From positions 544,001-608,000 of the forward strand of contig CBDCNQ010000004.1 in the NCBI GenBank assembly GCA_965219445.1: a DNA stretch of 64,000 nt, in the 5' to 3' direction. This DNA is from Longimicrobiales bacterium. GTDB lineage: Bacteria; Gemmatimonadota; Gemmatimonadetes; Longimicrobiales; Gaopeijiaceae. Under the pieces are notes generated by a model. It was not told the origin of the DNA and did not search any database. It was given only the letters and a program-made list of their open reading frames with translations. How positions within the stretch are numbered: the first letter of the stretch is position 1; each line of letters opens with the position of its first letter. Positions 58,918 to 64,000 of this stretch are shown here, piece by piece. The translations under genes and the position numbers were made by a program.

Positions 58918-59418
58918 TCAGGCACCTTCAAGGCTCTTCTTGAGCACCCGAGCGTCCTCACGAGGCCCCTCGTAGTAGCCCTTCCGCACGCCAATCTCAT
59001 GGAACCCGCGCCGAGCATACATCTCCCGAGCGAGCCCATTGGATTCTCGAACCTCGAGGTAGAGGCTTCGAAACCCGAGTCCTCGGCCACTTCGAGGATC
59101 CGACTGAGAAGACCCGAACCGATGCCGCGTCCCCGTAGATCCTTCCGAACCGCGATATTGGCCAACTCTCCTTCATCGAGCACCTTCCAGAGGATTGCAT
59201 AGGCGGCGAGCTGATCCCCCCACTCTGCTACCCACAGCTCGACGCCCGAGCGGTGCAAGAGCGAGCGGAAGGTCCGCTCACTCCAAGGGGTGGAGAAGGC
59301 CGCCGTCTCGATATGGGCCACCTCAGGCACGTCCGACGTCGTCATCGGCCTGAGGGATAGGCCTGAACCCCCTCCCCCCCGGCCCAACCGCAGAGGCGCG
59401 CGTAGGCCCGCTGCTCAT
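58918..59418 (-). pseudogene. rimI: Ribosomal protein S18 acetyltransferase RimI, frameshifted
   Basis: PWSE...NIAV...RGRGIG in one frame; LYLEVRESN...YARRGF...RKGYY...EDA in the -1 frame after ~59070. Confidence 0.85.
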
Positions 59419-60209
59419 GCACCCGACCCCAGGCATCGTTCCGCCGAGGAGGAGCGAAGGTAATCCGGCTGCCAAAGGCCGATGTCCTCCACCGGCTCGC
59501 GGGAGGGCGAGTCAGCAATCACCCTTAACAGACCGGCTGCCGTCGGCATGCCCAACGGGGCGGGAAGCAGAGTAAACCCGGCGGTGCGGATTTCGTCCGC
59601 ATGCCTTTGGGCCCCGTCACCCGCGAATACGGAGAGCGGGAGACCCTCGGTGAGAACCGCTCCAATCGTGGTCGAATGAGGCGGGATGACCACCTCAAAT
59701 CCGCTCTCGGTCGGCCGGTAGCAAGCACCATACACCCGATCGCTCCGGGCGTCGAAGAGGACATAGCGCGGCCAGGATCGTTCGTCTTCGGACAACGCTC
59801 GCTCGGGCCATCCGTCCGGATGCGACGCCTCCCCGATGTCAACCGAGGGCCCAGCCTCGTCGATATCCACGGCAGCAGCGCCTGCCTCGAGCGATGAGAC
59901 CGCCCAGAGGGGAATGCCCAGCGCGTGGGCCAACCCCTTGGCCGTCGCGGCAGCCACTCGGACACCCGTGAACGAGCCGGGGCCCGCCCCCACGACCAGG
60001 CCCTCAAGCTCGGCTAGATCCACGCCGGCCTCGTGAAGCACTCCACCGATCGTTGGGATCAAATCCGAGGAGTGAGAGCCCTGGCCACGCATCGCCCTCC
60101 TGGCGACTACGCGACTCCCCGTGCCCACGCACACCGACCCGTGGGACGTGGAGGTATCCAGCGCGAGGTACACTCCGTCCGGCGACCAAGCTCCGGCCCG
60201 CGCACCCAT
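59415..60209 (-). CDS. tsaB: t6A biosynthesis protein TsaB
   Basis: LALDTST, GPGSFTGVRV, DAR, P.YLR. Confidence 0.94.
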   Translation of the reverse strand: MGARAGAWSPDGVYLALDTSTSHGSVCVGTGSRVVARRAMRGQGSHSSDLIPTIGGVLHEAGVDLAELEGLVVGAGPGSFTGVRVAAATAKGLAHALGIPLWAVSSLEAGAAAVDIDEAGPSVDIGEASHPDGWPERALSEDERSWPRYVLFDARSDRVYGACYRPTESGFEVVIPPHSTTIGAVLTEGLPLSVFAGDGAQRHADEIRTAGFTLLPAPLGMPTAAGLLRVIADSPSREPVEDIGLWQPDYLRSSSAERCLGSGA

Positions 60210-60252
60210 CAGCCGACCACGCTCATTCCGACCGTCGGCATTCCGACCGCGC

Positions 60253-60714
60253 TCATAGGGACACCGAGACTGGAAACCCCGGTAGATCCTGCGGCACGCC
60301 GAATCGGTTCACCGACACCGTACGGGCGTCCTTGTCGCCCGACACCGGACCCAAGGTGATCTCCCACCGATGCTCGGGAAGTAGTCCCTCCGCGCGATCC
60401 GGCCACTCGACCAAAACCAACTCGTCCTGACCGCCGAGCTCCTGCCAACCGAGCTCCCATAATTCGGCGGGATCCGACAAACGATACAGATCCATATGCA
60501 CGACTTGGACACCCCGGCTCGACGGGTATCGAAACATGAGATTGAAGGTCGGCGAGGGGACGGCTCCCTCGACCCCCGCCCCATGTACGATCGACCGAGC
60601 GAGTACCGATTTGCCGGCCCCCAACGGGCCCCGCAGAAGGAGGAACAGCGGCGTGCGCGCCGCCGCGCCAATGGCCTCGCCCCAGCGGATCATCTCCGTC
60701 TCGTTCAGAATCAT
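60253..60714 (-). CDS. tsaE: t6A biosynthesis ATPase TsaE
   Basis: GPLGAGKS, SPTF, HMDLYRL, VEW. Confidence 0.95.
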   Translation of the reverse strand: MILNETEMIRWGEAIGAAARTPLFLLLRGPLGAGKSVLARSIVHGAGVEGAVPSPTFNLMFRYPSSRGVQVVHMDLYRLSDPAELWELGWQELGGQDELVLVEWPDRAEGLLPEHRWEITLGPVSGDKDARTVSVNRFGVPQDLPGFPVSVSL

Positions 60715-60726
60715 CCGATCCCCCTA

Positions 60727-61029
60727 GAAGGGTGTTGAAGGAGTACAGTGGGCCGCGTTGCGGATGCCACGGCCCCAGATCCTAGGCGGAGCGACGACGC
60801 CATAGCATTCGCTATGGCTAGGAGCTCCAACAACGGAGATGAGGCCGTGCCACCGCAACCCTTCAACGTGTGAGGTCATGTCATTCATGGTCGTGGGCAC
60901 AGGGCGGTTGTGCGGTTGATCCTGCGTCTCTCCTCCTCACCGTAGCGTTGCTACGCCTCGTCGTCGTTCCTTGTCTGAACGCGCACAAGCGCCCTGTGCG
61001 CGACCCGCTGTACTCCTTCAACAGCCTTC
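60727..61029. mobile_element. 303-bp MITE-like structured repeat, copy 2
   Basis: 21/22-bp TIR, same length as and about 93% identical to 31975-32277. Confidence 0.8.
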
Positions 61030-61038
61030 ACCACGGAA

Positions 61039-63027
61039 TCACCGAACCGTGGCCCTCAGTTCGAAGACCTGGTCCCTCAAGATCGCGGCTCGCTCGAAGT
61101 CCATCAGCTCGGCAGCCTCCGCCATCTCCTGCTCCAAGATCTTGAGAAATTCCTCTGTGTTGACCTCGTCGGCGTACCGAGCCTTGGGTTCCGACACTCG
61201 TCCCACGGGTTTTTGTCTCGCGTCTGCGACCCGCGTCGTAAACTCGATCTGTTGGACACTCTTCCGAATCGTCTCAGGCGTGATGCCGTGTTCTTGATTG
61301 TGCGCCAGCTGGATCTCCCGACGCCGATTCGTTTCGTCCATGCAGATCCGCATGGACGAAGTCATCTTGTCCGCATACAAGATGGCCTTGCCGTCGACGT
61401 TGCGCGCCGCCCGCCCGATCGTCTGGATGAGCGAGCGCGCATCCCGAAGGAATCCCTCCTTATCCGCATCCAGGATCGCCACCAGTGAGACCTCCGGCAG
61501 ATCCAGACCCTCGCGTAGGAGATTGATCCCGACGAGGACATCGATCTTCCCCAGCCTCAGATCCCTCAGGATCTTCATCCTCTCGATCGTGTCGATGTCG
61601 GAATGCATGTAGCTCACGCGTACCCCGACGGACTGAAGATACTCGGAGAGATCCTCCGCCATGCGTTTCGTGAGCGTCGTTACCAGCACCCGCTCGCCCT
61701 TGGCCTCGCGCTCACGGATCTCGGCGAGAAGATCGTCCACCTGGCCCTTGACCCCTCGCACGTGGACCGAGGGGTCCACCAGTCCGGTCGGGCGGATGAT
61801 CTGCTCCACGACCACACCGCCTGAGCGCTCCAGCTCCCAGTCGCCCGGCGTCGCCGAGACGAACACCGCCCGATGGATCAGCGAGTCCCACTCGTCGAAC
61901 TGGAGCGGACGGTTGTCGAGAGCGCTCGGAAGCCGAAATCCATGCTCTATCAACGTTTCCTTGCGGGACCGATCCCCTCTGTACATCCCGTGGAGTTGTG
62001 GCACGGAGGCATGCGACTCATCGGCCACGAGCAGGAAGTCCTCCGGAAAGTAGTCGATCAGGCACGCTGGACGTTCTCCGGGCCGCCGACCGCTGGTGTA
62101 GAGCGAGTAATTCTCGATGCCGGGACACATTCCGATCTCGAGCATCATCTCGATATCGAAGTTCGTCCGACTCTCGATGCGTTGGGCCTCCAGGAGTTGC
62201 CCGGCGGCCTCAAACGCGGCGACCCGCTCTTTCATCTCGGCCCGAATGCGGGGCACCATCTCCTCGATCACCTCTCGGCGGGTCACGTAGTGACTGGCCG
62301 GATAGACGGACGCCCGCTCCATCGGCGTGACCGTCTCCCCCGTTAGCGGTTCGAAGCGGGTGATCCGTTCGATTTCGTCGCCCCATAACTCCACACGAAT
62401 TGCCTGTTCCTCGTAGGCCGGGAAGATCTCGACCGTATCGCCCCGGACGCGAAACGTACCTCGTTCGAACTCGTAGTCGTTGCGACGATATTGAATTCCG
62501 ACGAGCGCCTTGAGAATTTCCCGCCGCCCTATCTTCTGGCCCACGCCGAGATGCAACATGAGCGAGCGGTAGTTCATCGGATTTCCCAACCCGTAGATAC
62601 AGGATACGGAAGCGACGACGATGACGTCCTCACGCTCCATCAGCGACGACGTCGCGCGCAGGCGAAGCCGTTCGATGTCCTCATTGATGGTGGCGTCCTT
62701 CTCGATGTAGGTATCCGTAGAGGGGACGTAAGCTTCCGGCTGGTAGTAGTCGTAATACGAGATGAAGTATTCGACGGCGTTGCTGGGGAAGAGCGCCTTG
62801 AACTCCCCGTAAAGTTGTGCCGCAAGCGTCTTGTTATGTGACGTGACGAGCGTGGGTCGGCCGTACTCGGCGATCACATGGGCAATCGAAAACGTCTTCC
62901 CGGTGCCCGTGGCCCCAAGGAGGGTTTGGAACCGATCCCCACGGGCGAGCCCCTCGCTCAACTCGGCGATGGCGGAGGGTTGATCCCCTTGGGGTTCGTA
63001 CGTGGAGGACAGATCGAATTGCGGCAT
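61039..63027 (-). CDS. uvrB: Excinuclease ABC subunit B
   Basis: [33 protein letters not shown]-terminal FERAA.LRD. Confidence 0.98.
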   Translation of the reverse strand: MPQFDLSSTYEPQGDQPSAIAELSEGLARGDRFQTLLGATGTGKTFSIAHVIAEYGRPTLVTSHNKTLAAQLYGEFKALFPSNAVEYFISYYDYYQPEAYVPSTDTYIEKDATINEDIERLRLRATSSLMEREDVIVVASVSCIYGLGNPMNYRSLMLHLGVGQKIGRREILKALVGIQYRRNDYEFERGTFRVRGDTVEIFPAYEEQAIRVELWGDEIERITRFEPLTGETVTPMERASVYPASHYVTRREVIEEMVPRIRAEMKERVAAFEAAGQLLEAQRIESRTNFDIEMMLEIGMCPGIENYSLYTSGRRPGERPACLIDYFPEDFLLVADESHASVPQLHGMYRGDRSRKETLIEHGFRLPSALDNRPLQFDEWDSLIHRAVFVSATPGDWELERSGGVVVEQIIRPTGLVDPSVHVRGVKGQVDDLLAEIREREAKGERVLVTTLTKRMAEDLSEYLQSVGVRVSYMHSDIDTIERMKILRDLRLGKIDVLVGINLLREGLDLPEVSLVAILDADKEGFLRDARSLIQTIGRAARNVDGKAILYADKMTSSMRICMDETNRRREIQLAHNQEHGITPETIRKSVQQIEFTTRVADARQKPVGRVSEPKARYADEVNTEEFLKILEQEMAEAAELMDFERAAILRDQVFELRATVR

Positions 63028-63078
63028 TGCTGGTACGGTGGCTCGGGCGGCTTCCTGGCTGTAGCCTCGGACCGCTTC

Positions 63079-64000
63079 CTAGTTGAGGTCCGGATCGTGA
63101 GAGGCATCCTGCCGGTCCACCTGGACCACCCCTTTCACCTCGCGAATCGCCTTGATGACCTTGGTGAGATGAGCCAAGTCCTTCACTTCTACGGAGAACC
63201 TACCGAGCATGCCCCTCTCGACCCCTCTCATGTCGGCCTGGACGATGTCAGTGTCCGTATCACTGATGGCTGTCGCCACATCGGATAGAAGCCCACGCCG
63301 GTCCGTGCCCTCCATGCAGAGGCTCACGTAGAAACGGTCATCCTTCTCGGTGGTCCACTCGATCTCGACACGCCGGTCTTCCGACAGATCGAGTATGTTG
63401 GGGCAGTCCACCTGGTGGATCGACACACCGCGTCCCTGCGTGATGTAGCCCATCACCTGATCCCCGGGGACCGGCTGGCAACACGGGGAATAATGGATCA
63501 TGAGCTTGTCCATGCCCTGGATTCGCACCGCACGGTTCGAGCGACGGATGCGATCGGCGATGCGCTCGAGCTTGGTCGGCGTGCGGTTGACCACATCGTG
63601 CGGGTCCTCATCGGGATAGAGCGACCGTATGACCGCAGTGGGCCCCACGTCCCCTCGGCTGAGCGCGGTCAGCACCTGTTCGAATTCCGCGTATCCGAGG
63701 CTGTGCGCGGCCTCCTTCAATTGGGCCTTGGTCGGCTTGCCCCTACGCGCCTTCTTGATCTCGCGGTCGAACAGATCCGTTCCGAGCTTCAGCGCGGAGT
63801 CGTGCTCTTCCTTCCGGATCCACTGGCGGATGCGCCCGCGTGCGCGGGACGTCCTGACGAACGCTAGCCAATCCGGGCTGGGACGTTGTCTCGCGTCGGT
63901 GATGATCTCAACCGTGTCGCCGTTCTTGAGTTCACGGGAGAGCGGTGAAATCCGACCGTTGACGCGGGCTCCGGCACAGTGGTGGCCGACCTCAGTGTGA
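63079..64000 (-). CDS. RelA/SpoT (p)ppGpp synthetase/hydrolase, C-terminal part (TGS, ZFD, ACT)
   Basis: HTEVGHHCAGARVNG...GDTVEII (TGS), CCQPVPGD...HQVDC, DRRGLLSD (ACT); 5' end is outside the window. Confidence 0.93.
   Translation of the reverse strand, partial: HTEVGHHCAGARVNGRISPLSRELKNGDTVEIITDARQRPSPDWLAFVRTSRARGRIRQWIRKEEHDSALKLGTDLFDREIKKARRGKPTKAQLKEAAHSLGYAEFEQVLTALSRGDVGPTAVIRSLYPDEDPHDVVNRTPTKLERIADRIRRSNRAVRIQGMDKLMIHYSPCCQPVPGDQVMGYITQGRGVSIHQVDCPNILDLSEDRRVEIEWTTEKDDRFYVSLCMEGTDRRGLLSDVATAISDTDTDIVQADMRGVERGMLGRFSVEVKDLAHLTKVIKAIREVKGVVQVDRQDASHDPDLN

Overview
High-GC bacterial chromosomal window, almost entirely minus-strand and housekeeping. Gene content and order suggest a diderm such as Gemmatimonadota; this is my inference and was not searched. 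It runs from a partial relA/spoT at the right edge through uvrB, tsaE-tsaB-rimI, ccsA-hemA, a Tol-Pal operon, nrdR, tatC-lptD, tatA, efp-accBC, ftsK-lolA-rimO-hemL, lnt, rpmE-prfA-prmC, inositol-3-phosphate synthase, obg, dprA, hemW-hrcA-dnaJ-prmA, mutS2 and dnaG to a partial recJ at the left edge. I found no tRNA, rRNA, CRISPR array or transposase. Main non-routine signals: (1) a 303-bp non-coding element with terminal inverted repeats and nested hairpins, present as two full copies and two decayed end fragments; (2) about ten intergenic gaps filled by tiny ORFs that overlap the upstream stop and the downstream start (candidate translation-coupling relays); (3) a chimeric protein whose OmpA domain is about 75% identical to the local Pal; (4) lnt coupled to a DUF4105/Lnb-like gene; (5) a structured rpmE leader; (6) frameshifts in dprA and rimI.
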